A model generated the notes under the pieces. That model ran no database searches. It was not told where the DNA came from and saw only the letters and a list, made by a program, of their open reading frames with translations. A stretch of 64,000 nt of DNA from Chiloscyllium plagiosum (taxonomy: Eukaryota), in the NCBI RefSeq assembly GCF_004010195.1, contig NC_057718.1:27261477-27325476 (forward strand). Reading direction: 5' to 3'. This document shows, piece after piece, positions 26,140-38,477 of this stretch. Position 1 is the stretch's first letter. Each line of letters starts with the position of its first letter. The position numbers and the translations under genes are program-made.

Positions 26140-26400
26140 TAAAAGGAGACCTGCACTACAGTTTGCAACACAGTAAATTATTAGAAATTGGACACTGGGA
26201 CCTGTAGTGGTACTGGAGATATCGATAGTTCAGGTGGGCTGAGAAAAGTTATCGTGGTCTGTGAGAACATCAGGAGATCTTTAACAAATAACCTCAGAAC
26301 TGAGTGGGAGCAAGTTGCCAGCTTGTCTTGCTCATTTTCAGTAACCTGTGCAGGGAGACTAGAAAGTGCAGATGCAGCATCTCGCTCTATGAGGTGTTAA
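26140..26400 (+). pseudogene. Possible Myb/SANT-like (Harbinger ORF2) remnant
   Basis: ORF 26188-26400 contains RRSLTNNLRTEWEQVASLSCSFSVT, which resembles the 'xxxWxxVA' helix of MSANTD/trihelix domains. It is convergent with a transposase-like remnant at 28200-28950. Confidence 0.4.
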
Positions 26401-26849
26401 CTTTGTCAATACTTATTTAAACCATGCCTTGCTATCAGACACTCTTTTGGTATGTCCTTTAATATGGAAAGGGAAGTCAGTGAGGCCTTGTGAAATCTTC
26501 CTTCAAGCTCTTTCCACCTGAGAAGCACTAGAGATTAGAGTGCAAAGTTCCATTAATAACAGTCTACACAGTCATAAGCAATCCTGTCCACCACTGCAGA
26601 TGCCCCAGAGTGGTTAGAAAGTTCAGCTCATGGAGTCTGGTCCCAGGGCTTGACAGCAGTGACACTAAAGCTCAAATGATCTCATCCTTGTGGTCAAGGT
26701 CAATAAATTTACCATCACTTGAAATCTTCTACCTGTCACGACACCAACCCCGAACACAATACAATGCACAACAATCAATCATTCACTCAGCAGAACTCCT
26801 AACATTCAGGATATATCCTGAGCATCCAGATACTCTAACTCACCCCCAC

Positions 26850-28002
26850 ACACCTCATGGCAGGCTGGTTACAAAGGTCAGATCACATGGAATACAGGGA
26901 GACGTCACCATTTGGATATAGAACTGAGTCCAAGGTAGAAGACAGAGGGTGCTGGTGGAGGGTTGCTTTTCCGACTGGAGACCTGTGACTAGTGGATTGC
27001 CACAAGGATCAGTGCTGGGTCCACTACTTTTTGTAATTTACATAAATTATTTAGATGTGAGCATAGAAGGTATAGTTAGTAAGTTTACAGATGCCTCCAA
27101 AATTGGAGGTGTAGTGGACAGCGAAGAAAGTTACCTCAGAGTACAACAGGATGTTTGACCAGATGGGCCAATGGGCTGAGGAGTGACAGATGGAGTTTAA
27201 TTTAGATAAATGTGAATTGCTGCATTTTGGAAAGGCAAATCATGGTAGGATTTATAGACTTAATGATAAAGTCCTGGGGAGTGTTGCTGAGCAAAGAGAC
27301 CTTGGAGTACAGATTCATAGTTCCTTCAAAGTGGAGTCGCAGGTAGATAGGATAGTGGTGTTTGGTATGCTTTCCATTATTGGTCAGAGTATTGAGTACA
27401 GGAGTTGGGAGGTCATGTTGCAACTGTACAGGACATTGATTAGGTTACTTTTGGAATATTGTGCGCAATTCTGGTCTCCTTCCAATCAGAAGAATGCTGT
27501 GAAACTTGAAAGGGTTCAGAAAAGTTTTACAAGGATGCAGTCAGAGTTGGAGGGTTTGAGCTATAGGGAGAGACTGAATAGGCTGGGGCTGTTTTCCCTG
27601 GAGCATTGGAGGCTGAGGGGTGACCTTATGGATGTTTATAAAATCATGAGGGACATGGATAGGTTAAATATAGACAAGGTCTTTTCCCTGGGTTGGGGTG
27701 AGTCCAGAACTAGAGGGCATAGGTTTAGGGTGAGAGGGATAAGATTTGAAAGGGAGCTAAGGAACAATCTTTTCACGCAAAGGGTACTGCGCCTATGGTG
27801 TGAGCTGTCAGAGAAAGTGGTGGAGGCTGGTACAATTACAACATTTAAAAGGCATCTGGATGGGCATATGAATAGGAAAGGTTTAGAAGGATATGGGTCA
27901 AGTGCTGGCAAATGGGACTAGATTAATTTAGGATATCTGGTCAGCATGGACAAGTTGGACCGAAGAGTTTGTTTCTGTGCTGTATATCTTCATGACTCTA
28001 TG
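26850..28002 (+). mobile_element. CR1 LINE, 5'-truncated
   Basis: ORFs 26949-27158 and 27190-27921 ([20 protein letters not shown]); tail catgactctatga. Confidence 0.95.
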
Positions 28003-28199
28003 ACCCACAATACTGCTAGCCTGCCACACCTCACTCATTGCCTCGCAAATATTTACAGCAATTTAGCTATTACAGTCACATTATCTGAACAAACTGCTAC
28101 ACAACCACTGACATTCAGCCCTCACTCTTGCACGGCCACACCACAAAAGGGAGAAAGGAAAAAATCATTTGGGATAAGGATGCCTGCATTGTCTGAGCC

Positions 28200-28950
28200 C
28201 TGCGTAGGAAATGGTTCTCTACATTGTGGTGTTGTTTGCAGTACAGCATGCAGCATTTAACTTTCTTGAGAATCTTGAGGACAAGGCAGTATTTTGCTAC
28301 CTTAGCCCCTTCTCAACCCTTAGCAGATCCTCATCTGGCATGATGAACAAGCTGCTGATGGTGCTAAAACAGACAGGCTACTTTTCACTTCTCAACCCCG
28401 CTTTCTTCATGCCAAACATCCTTATCTGGTCAGATACTGGCAATGGCCATATTTTGGAGGTTGGTATATGGATAGGAATATCACAGGGTGAATCACCAGG
28501 CATGTGTTAACTGCGGTCTGACTAAGGGTAAAGAATAATCATTTGTCAATATTCCAGAAGATAAAGTCACAGACGAGTTCTGATGCAGAGACCTCATCTG
28601 AGAGCCTCAATGGAATGGTATATAGGAAACTGCTGACTGCAGATAGATATCAAGAAACAGGGTGGAATCAATTGCATTTTGAGAGAGATGGTAGTGCATA
28701 GGTAGCCCAATCTGCTATGTACTCCAACTACTCCATTTTCCCATTATCCTTCAAGTTCAGGGGCACAGCTACTGATACTTCTTGCAGTTTTTGAGTCCAG
28801 AAATTGTCCACTCCTTTGCCATCTCATGAGGGTATGAAAGACTCTCTGGCAATTGCAGAATCTTGCAAACACCACCAAAAACAGTCTGGAGTACGTTCAG
28901 GCACTTACCAATTAAAAAAGTTCTGAAAGTTTAATTTACTGAAGTCAGGA
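28200..28950 (-). pseudogene. Highly decayed Harbinger transposase remnant
   Basis: The minus strand gives, in the expected order, QNAIDSTL (cf. GAIDCTH), YHSI...ELVCD (cf. GFHSLNVQLVCD), FFTLSQT (cf. HDSFILRQS) and LLRVEKG (cf. LLGDKGY). Confidence 0.45.
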
Positions 28951-29440
28951 TGTCTGATGCTTCAAATTTCACTATTGTAGGGCCCAGGTTGCTGCTTCAT
29001 GCTTGCTTTTTTGTGCTAAACAACACATGAATTTTCGAGACACCTGCCTTCTCAGATTTATGTTCCTGTTGTTGCATCAGCTGGTCAGGCTGCATGACAT
29101 CAGAATCAGGGTAGCACTAACTCTATGTATTTCAGCAACTGCAAGGCCCCACATCTTCATGGAATACCACACAAACTATCAAAATAGCAGCTACCATCAC
29201 AACCTGCCTCTGGAAAACCCAGAAAGATCTGCTTCGAGCAACAAATTAATTTGAATTCCCAGGTTTAATACTGGCCTTGTACCAATTTCTAAACAAAGAA
29301 AATGGACAATATCCAATGAGAAAGCATTTTACTTTCAATTAAATAAAACATCAACACTCAGTATTTAATGCTCTAATATAGCATATTGAAATATATTACC
29401 TTAACTTTAAGTTATAAGTCAAAGCTTTACTTTGAAGTAA

Positions 29441-29766
29441 TTAGATTAGATTAGATTAGATTACTTACAGTGTGGAAACAGGCCCTTCGGCCCAACAAGT
29501 CCACACCGACCCGCCGAAGTGCAACTAACCCATACCCCTACATTTACCCCTTTAACCTAACACTACGGGCAATTTAGCATTGCCAATTCACCTGACCCTG
29601 CATACCTTTGTGACTGTGGGAGGAAACCGGAGCACCCGGAGGAAACCCACGCAGACACGGGGAGAATGTGCAAACTCCACACAGTCAGTCGCCTGAGTCG
29701 GGAATTGAACCCGGGTCTCTGGCGCTGTGAGGCAGCAGTGCTAACCACTGTGCCACCGTGCCGCCC
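29441..29766 (-). mobile_element. HE1 SINE, full length, CpG-rich (apparently young)
   Basis: Complete head, V-domain and (TCTAA)n tail. Confidence 0.96.
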
Positions 29767-30296
29767 ACCAATCTTGAAATCCAAAACAAATCTTGGTTTT
29801 AATTTTATTTTCTGTTCACCAGCTGTGCTTACAACATGGAAGACAATACCACAGTCAACTCCTTCAGCATAAACTCAGATAAGTAATGATTATAATTTAT
29901 TGCAGGACATTAAATATGGAAAGACAGAAGAATTATTACAAGCAGCCAGTGCTAAACTCTGTAGTCAATTATTAGCAGTTTGACATTCCTTGCCTAAAGC
30001 CAAATAGATTAAAAGTGATTTTTAGAATATCAGCATCAATTCTTTATCCAGCAGTCTGAACTAGATTTTGGGCAGGAAGATTATATACCAATTTGTATAT
30101 ATCAATTTCATCTGATCCCTGTTTGAATCTCTTCATTTCATGATTATATTAATTTAATTTGGTTCCATTTATTTTCTGGAAAGGTTTCATTTTCATTCTG
30201 TTTGCGAATGAGAGGCTTTTGGCACTTTGACCTTCATTCAATGCATTAAAGGTATCATAACACAAAGTGTTTCTTTTTCATGGGCTAATAGTATGT

Positions 30297-30650
30297 AGTT
30301 GAGAGTGTGGTGCTGGAAAAGCACGGCAGGCAGCATCCAAGGTGTAGGAGAATCAACGTTTCAGACATAAGCTCTTCATCAGGAATGAGGCTTGTGGGCC
30401 GGGGGGCNNNNGGGATGGGGTTGGGGTTGTGCCTATTGCATTCTCAGCTTGCCCACCCCCCCCCCCCCCCCCCTCCTCCCCCACACCCCCCATTTATCTC
30501 TCAGCCCCTGGTCCACAAGCCTCATTCCTGAAGAAGGGCTTATGCCCGAAACATCGATTCTTCTGCTCCTTAGATGTTGCCAGATCTGCTGTGCCTTTCC
30601 AGCCCCACACTCTTGACTCTGATCCCAGCATCTGCAGTCCTCACTTTCTC
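30297..30650. mobile_element. Fold-back Penelope derivative with a hammerhead motif on each strand
   Basis: Inverted arms; a degenerate motif on the minus strand (about 30355-30382) and CTGAAGA-A-GGGC-ttat-GCCC-GAAAC on the plus strand (30528-30555). 12-bp TSD ctaatagtatgt. Confidence 0.9.
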
Positions 30651-31437
30651 CTAATAGTATGTTGTTTTAATTTCAAATGCTATAAACATTCTACAGGAAT
30701 TAACAGGAAACCAGGAATAAAATAACTGGAAGCATGCCAAAACATACAATGCTTTCCAGATAATACTGCTATTTTCCAGGCAAGACTAAATAAACAACTG
30801 ATGTGTTGTAGTGGTCAGAGAAAGTTTTGAGTGAACTGGTATACCCTGCACTTCTATTCTCTGTGGTCACCAAGGTGTATGGCAGTTCTTTGTAAGGGTA
30901 AGAAGATGGAGAAAATTACGAGCTAGTGATCACACAAGCTTAGGAATAGACTCAATATGTCACAGTGATCATTCCATATAGCAGGTGACCAAAGATAAAT
31001 AATGTAGAGACCAAAGTATATTGACATATTGAGTAGTTTCCTCAAATAATGGAAAAAACCCCTCAAATTTTCAAGCTATTTATGAAATATTCATATCATG
31101 GAGTATATAAAACATTTCCCTGAACTTGCTGTTGCTCAGCTATTATAAAATCACCAGAAATGCAATCCTGTTTGTGGAATTATCTCTGCATTTTAAGCTC
31201 TAGTGTTAAAGCTGCTCCGACCATTATTCTGTCTTGGACATGAATGCAGCTGTTAAAAGAACAAGCTTTTTTAAATTAGGTTTCTGGATTTGATTTTGTT
31301 CCACTATTGCTCTTTTGGACTGGATATATAAAATAATTTATTTTGCGATTAGACAAGTCAATAATTTCAAATAATCAATGAAACTAGAACAGATTTGCAC
31401 ATTGTTACAGTGCACACTGTGGAATCTGATTGTTGAA

Positions 31438-31550
31438 ATGTTTCCAGTATTACAACATATACTACACTTCAGAAGTACTTATTGGCTGCAAAGTGCTTTG
31501 AGACATCTTGTGATTGTGAAAGGCTTCTTTACATACAAGCCTTTCTTCCT
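31438..31550 (+). mobile_element. Deu-SINE 3'-end fragment
   Basis: tattacaac...actacacttcagaagtacttattggctgcaaagtgctttgagacatc...gtgaaaggc; similar to 8701-8802. Confidence 0.6.
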
Positions 31551-31676
31551 TAAATCACAAAAACAACTAAGTGTAAAAAAACGTTTAACCAAAAGTTCGA
31601 TAAAAAAAAACTATAGGGAAGAAAGCATCTGCCTTCTGACTCCCAATAATGCCTTGGCCATTTTTTCATAGCTTAT

Positions 31677-31925
31677 TCATAGAGTCAGACAGTACAGTAA
31701 CTGACCCTTCAGTCCAACTCCCAGCCTCATTCCTGATGAAGGGCTTTTGCCCGAAACATTGATTTTCCTGCTCCTCGGATGCTGCCTGACCTGCTGTGCT
31801 TTTCTAGCACCACACTCTTGACTTTGGTCCAACCAGTCCATGCCAAACATAATTCCAAACTCAACTAGTCCCACCCATCTGCTCCTGACCCACATCCTTC
31901 TAAACCTTTCCTATTCATGTACTTG
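31677..31925 (-). mobile_element. CR1 3'-end fragment, interrupted by a Penelope fragment
   Basis: The tcatagagtc tail and gtccaaccagtccatgcc...aaacctttcctattcatgtac match other CR1 3' ends. Confidence 0.8.
31719..31826 (+). mobile_element. Penelope 3' fragment with a hammerhead motif (31733-31760)
   Basis: CTGATGA-A-GGGC-tttt-GCCC-GAAAC; flanked by duplicated gtccaac. Confidence 0.88.
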
Positions 31926-32146
31926 TCATGGTAGAAAGCAAAGCAGCAACTTATTACTGGAGGCTCAATCAAATCTGCAAAATCTATAAATAGACATTCT
32001 TGCACACATATTACTACTTATTCAGATTACGATGGCCATTTCAAATTGCCAAAAATTCTGAAACATCCTGGACTAAATACAAAATTTTTGAAATGTCTAT
32101 AATAATTTCTGCAAATGAGTTCACCTGACATTGTTCTGGCTTAGGG

Positions 32147-34840
32147 GTGCTGGAAAAGCACAGCAGTTCAGGCAGCATCCGAGGAGCAGTAAAATCGACG
32201 TTTTGGGCAAAAGCCTTTCATCAGGAATAAAGGCACAGAGCCTGGAGAGATATGTGAGAGGAGGTGAGGGTGGGGAGAAAGTAGCATAGAGTACAATAGG
32301 TGAGTGAGGGAGGGGATGAAGGTGATAGGTCGGGGGAGAGGGTGGAGTGGATAGGTGGAATAGAAGATAGGCAGGTAGGACAAGTCATGGGGACAGTGCT
32401 GAGCTGGAAGTTTGGAACTAGGGTGAGGTGGGTGAAGGGGAAATGAGGAAACTGTTGAAGTCCACATTGATGCCCTGGGGTTGAAGTGTTCCGAGGCAAA
32501 AGATGAGGAGTTCTTCCTCCAGGCGTCTGGTGGTGAGGGAGCGGCGGTGAAGGAGGCCCAGGATCTCGGCAGAGTGGGAAGAGGAGTTGAAATGTTGGTA
32601 CACAGGGCGGTGGGGTTGATTGGTGCTGGTGTCCCAGAGATGTTCCCTAAAGCGCTCCAGGAGGAGGCGTCCAGTCTCCCCAATGTAGAGGAGACCGCAT
32701 CGGGAGCAACGGATACAATAAATGATATTGGTGGATGTGCAGGTAAAACTTTGATGGATGTGGAAGGCTCCTTTAGGGCCTTGGATGGAGGTGAGGAAGG
32801 AGGTATGGGCGCAGTTTTGCTATTTCTGCAGTGGCAGGGCAAGGTGCCAGGACAGGAGGGTGGGTTGTAGGGGGGCGTGGACCTGACCAGGTAGTCACGG
32901 AGGGAACGGACTTTGTGGAAGGCGGAAAGGGGTGGGGAGTGAAAAATATCCCTGGTGGTGGGGTCTGTTTGGAGGTGGCGGAAATGTCGGCGGATGATTT
33001 GGTTTATGCGAAGGTTGGTAGGGTGGAAGGTGAGCACCAGGGGCGTTCTGTCCTTGTTGCGGTTGGAGGGGTTGGGTCTGAGGGCGGAGGTGCGGGATGT
33101 GGATGAGATGCATTGGAGGGCATCTTTAACCACGTGGGAAGGGAAACTGCGGTCTCTAAAGAAGGAGGCCATCTGGTGTGTTCTATGGTGGAACCGCTCC
33201 TCCTGGGAGCAGATACGGCAGAGGCGGAGGAATTGGGAATACGGGATGGCATTTTTGCAAAAGGTAGGGTGGGAAGAGGTGTAATCCAGGTAGCTGTGGG
33301 AATCGGTGGGTTTGTAGAAAATGTCAGCGTCAAGTCGGTCNNNNNNNNNNNNNNNNNNNNNNNNNNNNNNNNNNNNNNNNNNNNNNNNNNNNNNNNNNNN
33401 NNNNNNNNNNNNNNNNNNNNNNNNNNNNNNNNNNNNNNNNNNNNNNNNNNNNNNNNNNNNNNNNNNNNNNNNNNNNNNNNNNNNNNNNNNNNNNNNNNNN
33501 NNNNNNNNNNNNNNNNNNNNNNNNNNNNNNNNNNNNNNNNNNNNNNNNNNNNNNNNNNNNNNNNNNNNNNNNNNNNNNNNNNNNNNNNNNNNNNNNNNNN
33601 NNNNNNNNNNNNNNNNNNNNNNNNNNNNNNNNNNNNNNNNNNNNNNNNNNNNNNNNNNNNNNNNNNNNNNNNNNNNNNNNNNNNNNNNNNNNNNNNNNNN
33701 NNNNNNNNNNNNNNNNNNNNNNNNNNNNNNNNNNNNNNNNNNNNNNNNNNNNNNNNNNNNNNNNNNNNNNNNNNNNNNNNNNNNNNNNNNNNNNNNNNNN
33801 NNNNNNNNNNNNNNNNNNNNNNNNNNNNNNNNNNNNNNNNNNNNNNNNNNNNNNNNNNNNNNNNNNNNNNNNNNNNNNNNNNNNNNNNNNNNNNNNNNNN
33901 NNNNNNNNNNNNNNNNNNNNNNNNNNNNNNNNNNNNNNNNNNNNNNNNNNNNNNNNNNNNNNNNNNNNNNNNNNNNNNNNNNNNNNNNNNNNNNNNNNNN
34001 NNNNNNNNNNNNNNNNNNNNNNNNNNNNNNNNNNNNNNNNNNNNNNNNNNNNNNNNNNNNNNNNNNNNNNNNNNNNNNNNNNNNNNNNNNNNNNNNNNNN
34101 NNNNNNNNNNNNNNNNNNNNNNNNNGAGGTTGGAGTGGGGGAGGGGGGTAGACAGGTTGAGGTGGTTAATGTCCCAGCGGCAGTTGGAAATGAAGAAGTC
34201 GAGGGCAGGTAATCGGCCAGCGCGGGGTGTCCAGGTCGATGCAGTGTGTTGGAGGTGGGCGAAGGGGTCCTCGGAAGGTGGGCGGGAGTCCTGATTGTGA
34301 AAGTAAGCTCGGAGGCGGTGGAAGAAGTTTTTGACGTCATGGCATGTATTAAGTTCATTGATGTGTGGATGGAGGGGGATGAAGGTGAGTCGTTTGCTGA
34401 GGACTGATCGTTCATCCTCAGTGAGGGGACGGTCTGGAGGGATGGTGAAAACTCGGCAGGGTTGGGAGCTGGTATCTGGTGTGGGTGTGGAGCTGGGAGT
34501 GTGAGAGTGGGGTGAAGCCTGTAACTGGAGTGGGTGTGATGGTGGGGGGAATGGGGGTGGAGTCATGAGCAGGGGTGGTACTCCACCCTTCACCCCCCCG
34601 ACCTATCACCTTCATCCCCTCCCCCACTCACCTATTGTACTCTATGCTACTTTCTCCCCACCCCCACCCTTTTCTCACTTATCTCTCCACCCTTCAGGCT
34701 CTCTGCCTTTATTCCTGATGAAGGGCTTTTGCCTGAAACGTCGATTTCACTGCTCCTTGGATGCTGCCTGAACTGCTGTGCTCTTCCAGCACCACTAATC
34801 CAGAATCTGGTTTCCAGCATCTGCAGTCATTGTTTTTACC
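32147..34840 (-). mobile_element. Penelope-like retroelement (RT plus GIY-YIG), near full coding extent with the RT core in the gap, and an inverted copy of its 3' end at 34580-34840
   Basis: Minus-strand peptides: CRVFTIPPD..LTEDERSVLSK.LTFIP; YKPTDSHSYLDY...IPYSQFLRLCRICS; PLVLTFHP; CTSTNIIYCIRCSRCGLLYIGETGR. Hammerhead motifs at about 32197-32224 (minus, degenerate) and 34715-34742 (plus). ttcacctgacattg is duplicated at 32120 and 34846. Confidence 0.93.
33341..34125. other. Assembly gap (N run)
   Basis: Run of N. Confidence 1.
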
Positions 34841-34856
34841 CTGTTTTCACCTGACA

Positions 34857-36292
34857 TTGGCTAACGTGGTGCCACTATTTAAGAAGGATGATAAGGACAA
34901 GCCAGGGAACTATAGACCAGTGAGCCTGCAGTCAGTGGTAGGCAAGTTGATGGAGGGAATCCTGAGGGACATGATGTACATGTATTTGGAAAGGCAAGGA
35001 CTGATTAGGGATAGTCAACATGTGTGTGGGAAATCATGTCTCACAAATTTGATTGAGTTTTTTGAGGAAGTAACAAAGAAGATTGATGAGGGCAAAGTGG
35101 TAGATGTGATCTCTATGGATTTCAGTAAGGCGTTTGACAAGGTGCCCCATGGGAGATTGATCAGCAAGGTTAGATCTCACGGAATACAGGGAGAACTAGC
35201 CATTTGGATACAGAATTGGCTCAAAGGTAGAAGACAGAGGGTAGTGGTGGAGGGTTGTTTTTCAGACTGGAGGCTTGTGACCAGTGGAGTGCCACAAGGA
35301 TTGGTGCTGGGTCCTCTACTTTTTGTCATTTACATAAATGATTTGGATGCGAGCATTAGGGGTACAGTTAGTAAATTTGCAGATAATACCAAAATTGGAG
35401 GTGTAGTGGACAGCGAAGAGGGTTACCTCAGATTACATCAGGATCTTGACCAGATGGGCCAATGGGCTGAGAAGTGGCAGATGGAGTTTAATTCAGATAA
35501 ATGCGAGGTGCTGCATCTTGGGAAAGAAAATCTTAGCAGGACTTATACACTTCATGGTAAGGTCCTAGGGAGTGTTGCTGAACAAAGAGACCTTGGAGTG
35601 CAGGTTCATAGCTCCTTGAAAGTGGAGTCACAGGTCGATAGGATAGTGAAGAAGGCGTTTGGTCTGTTTTCCTTTATTGGTCAGAGTATTGAGTACAGGA
35701 GTTGGGACGTCATATTGCGGCTGTACAGGACATTAGTTAGGCCATTGTTGGAATATTGTGTACAATTCTGGTCTCCTTCCTATTGGAAAGATGTTGTGAA
35801 ACTTGAAAGTGTTCAGAAAAGATTTACAAGGATGTTGCCTGGGTTGGAGGATTTGAGCTATAGGGAGAGGTTGAATAGGCTGGGGCTGTTTTCTCTGGAG
35901 CATCTGAGGCTGAGGGGTGACCTTGTAGAGATTTTAAAAATTATGAGGGCATGGATAGGGTAAATAGACAAAGTCTTTTCCCTGGGGTCAGGAGTCCAGA
36001 ACTAGAGGGCACAGGTTTAAGGTGAGAAGGGCAAGGTATAAAAGAAACCTACGGGGCAACGTTTTATACAAAGGGTGGTGTGTGTATGGAATGAGCTGCC
36101 AGAGGATGTGGTGGAGGCTGGTACAATTGCAACATTTAAGAGGCATCTGAATGGGTATATGAATAGGAAGTGTTTGGAGGGATATGGGCCGGGTGCTGGC
36201 AGGTAGGACTAGATTGGGTTGGGATATCTGGTCGGCATGGACAGGTTGGACCGAAGGCTCTGTTTCCATACTGTACATCTCTGTGACTTGAT
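34857..36292 (+). mobile_element. CR1 LINE, 5'-truncated
   Basis: The RT part of ORF 34761-35963 (ANVVPLFKK, DFSKAFDKVPH, FADNTK) and the 3' tail ctctgtgacttgatga. Confidence 0.95.
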
Positions 36293-36367
36293 GACATTTA
36301 GGTGGCTTGAATCAGTGAAGTTTCAGTTTATAATTGACACACTTGTGAACACAAGTGACCATAATAT

Positions 36368-36680
36368 GTGGTTAGCACTGCTGCCTCACAGCGCCAGGGA
36401 CCTGAGTTCAATTCCCACCTCGGGCAACTGTCTGTGTGGAGTTTGCACATTCTTCCCAAGTCTGCGTGGGTTTCCTCTGAGTGCTCCGGTTTCCTCCCAC
36501 AGTCCAAAGATGTGCAGGTTACGTGAATTGGCCTTGCTAAATTGCCCGTAGTGTTAGGTGCATTAGTCAGGGGTGAATGTAGGGGAATGGGTCTGGGTAG
36601 GGTGCTCTTCGGAGGATCGGTGTGGACTTGCTGGGCCGAAGGGCCTGTTTCCACACTGTAGTGAATCCAATCTAATCTAA
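36368..36680 (+). mobile_element. HE1 SINE, slightly 5'-truncated
   Basis: Runs from gtggttagcactgctgcctcacagcgcc to ccacactgtagtgaatccaatctaatctaa. Confidence 0.95.
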
Positions 36681-37477
36681 AACACCATGTGACAAATGCT
36701 TGGACACACAAGCTATGCAGCCAATTAAAGCGTGTTCAGTACATACGATTTGTGTTTATTCCCCGTTTATACCATTCACATTCTGCCATTGCATAAGAAA
36801 ACAAAGTGCCAGTAAGAGATTTATTTTGACTGTAATTTTCTGAGTTCAGTATCATTTTAGAAATTAATACTGGGGTTGACAATGTATCTACATAATGTAT
36901 CGACAGTTATTTGAACTGATGTACTCACGCCTGTAGTGAATAGGGTGAAGGTGTTGTGAAGTGAAAGACCAGGAAATCTTGAAACAGAAATATTGAAAAT
37001 ACTCTGCCAATCTGGAGAATGAAAGAGCTGACATTTCAAGTCGATCATCTTTCACGAGAACAGTTCTAATCAAACATAATTGTCTGAAACATTAGTTCTA
37101 TTTCTTTCTCCATTCACGCTTCAGGAGCTGCTTAATATGTCATTTTGTGCTTGATTTCAAATTTCCAGTATACACCATATTTTATGCAAATTGATCTGTG
37201 TCAGAATCTCAGGCCAACTAATAGAAACAAATATGTTAGGTTATTGGAATCATGACATGTTTTCTTTGCTTCCTTCTGCTATGTGCTATCTTCTACTAAA
37301 AGCAGTAGAACAGCAAAGGTTCTGTAATTTTGTACACAGTTAGATTTAGCTTGAATTTTTTTTGTTTGATGTATCCCTGCTAAGAATCCTGCTGCTGTTG
37401 AACTGAGAAGAGGATTCTGGAATTTGGCTCCCATTCTGGTTGCTGGTACATGTGCTGATTCTCCAACCTGTAGCAGT

Positions 37478-37663
37478 GGCATTGTGGTATTGTGACTGGA
37501 CTCGTGACCTAGAACCACCGGGTTAATGCTCTTGGGACATTGGTTTGAATCACCCTTTGGCAGATGGTGAATACGTTTGACTCTTAGCTGCCCTCTGGGC
37601 AATTAGCGATGGGCAATACATGCTGGTCTAACCAGTGACCCTTTCATCCCATGAATGAATAAA
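37478..37663 (+). mobile_element. Old tRNA-headed SINE with a LINE-derived 3' end (internally deleted)
   Basis: ggcattgtggt...actggact...ggtttgaatc head and gggcaattagcgatgggcaata.atgctgg...catcccatgaatgaat tail. The same tail appears at about 11240-11325 and 60660-60740. Confidence 0.6.
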
Positions 37664-37689
37664 TTACAAAGGAAATTGTATCATGACTG

Positions 37690-38120
37690 ATCTAATACTC
37701 CCCACGTCCACTTTCCTGTCATTTCCCCTATTGATCAAGAATCTATCTCAGCCTGAAATATAAATGGGAACAGTGTCCCAAAGTTCTCTGTGGCAATAAG
37801 TTCCAAGGATTCACAATCCTCCAAGGGAAGAACTTCCTCCTCATCTCATTCCTAAATTGGTGTCCCTAAATTCTGAGACTATGCCCTCTGATCCTATATT
37901 ATCCCATGAGGGGAAACATCCTTTCACTATTTACCCTGTCAAGCCTATTAAGAATCCTGTATGTCTCAATGAGATCACCTCATTCTTGCAAATCCCAATG
38001 AGTAGAACTGCAACCTGTTTAACCTTTGCTGATAAATAATCCCTTCATATCAGTGAACCTTCTCCAAACTATGTCCACTGAAATAATATCGTTCCTTAAA
38101 TACAGCAGGCTGTTAAACAT
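37690..38120 (-). mobile_element. Old CR1 3' fragment
   Basis: Degenerate reverse complement of the CR1 C-terminal and 3' region (aagaatctatc, gagatcacctcattctt). Confidence 0.6.
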
Positions 38121-38477
38121 TTGCAGCAAACGTTATATACCTTTCCTCAAAACACCAAGCCAAAAAAAGTGCAATTGCTGTTATCATTCTTTAGAACAGG
38201 AAGTTTTCCTTAAATTGCTAGAATGTCAGGCTATTCTCTCATCCTCACTAGGAAGGATTTGGCATTGACTTTCATTGTCCTGGTTCATGCTTATGGGGAA
38301 AATGGTACAGTTATTTGTCATTGCCTTCTTAAGATGGTTGGATGGGAAACCCTTTCACCTGCCGACAAGCAAATTATAAAGATTTACTGGCTGGTAATCA
38401 GCTTACTTGGTCATGTGTTGACAAATTCAGTGAGTACAGTCCTAATTGATCTAGTCTCTCTTCATATTATAGACCCC

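Noticed and set aside
29680..29766. tRNA gene
   Set aside because: The A/B boxes belong to the tRNA-derived head of HE1 SINEs, and there is no complete cloverleaf.
33004..34593. Long ORFs of 276-529 aa here and at 24343-25569
   Set aside because: Their lengths are inflated by N-gaps translated as X, so intactness cannot be judged.
34761..35963. 400-aa ORF as a functional gene or a Penelope-CR1 fusion
   Set aside because: It is a chance in-frame read-through from a Penelope 3' UTR into a truncated CR1 RT with damaged motifs (FADNTK, deleted QHGF).
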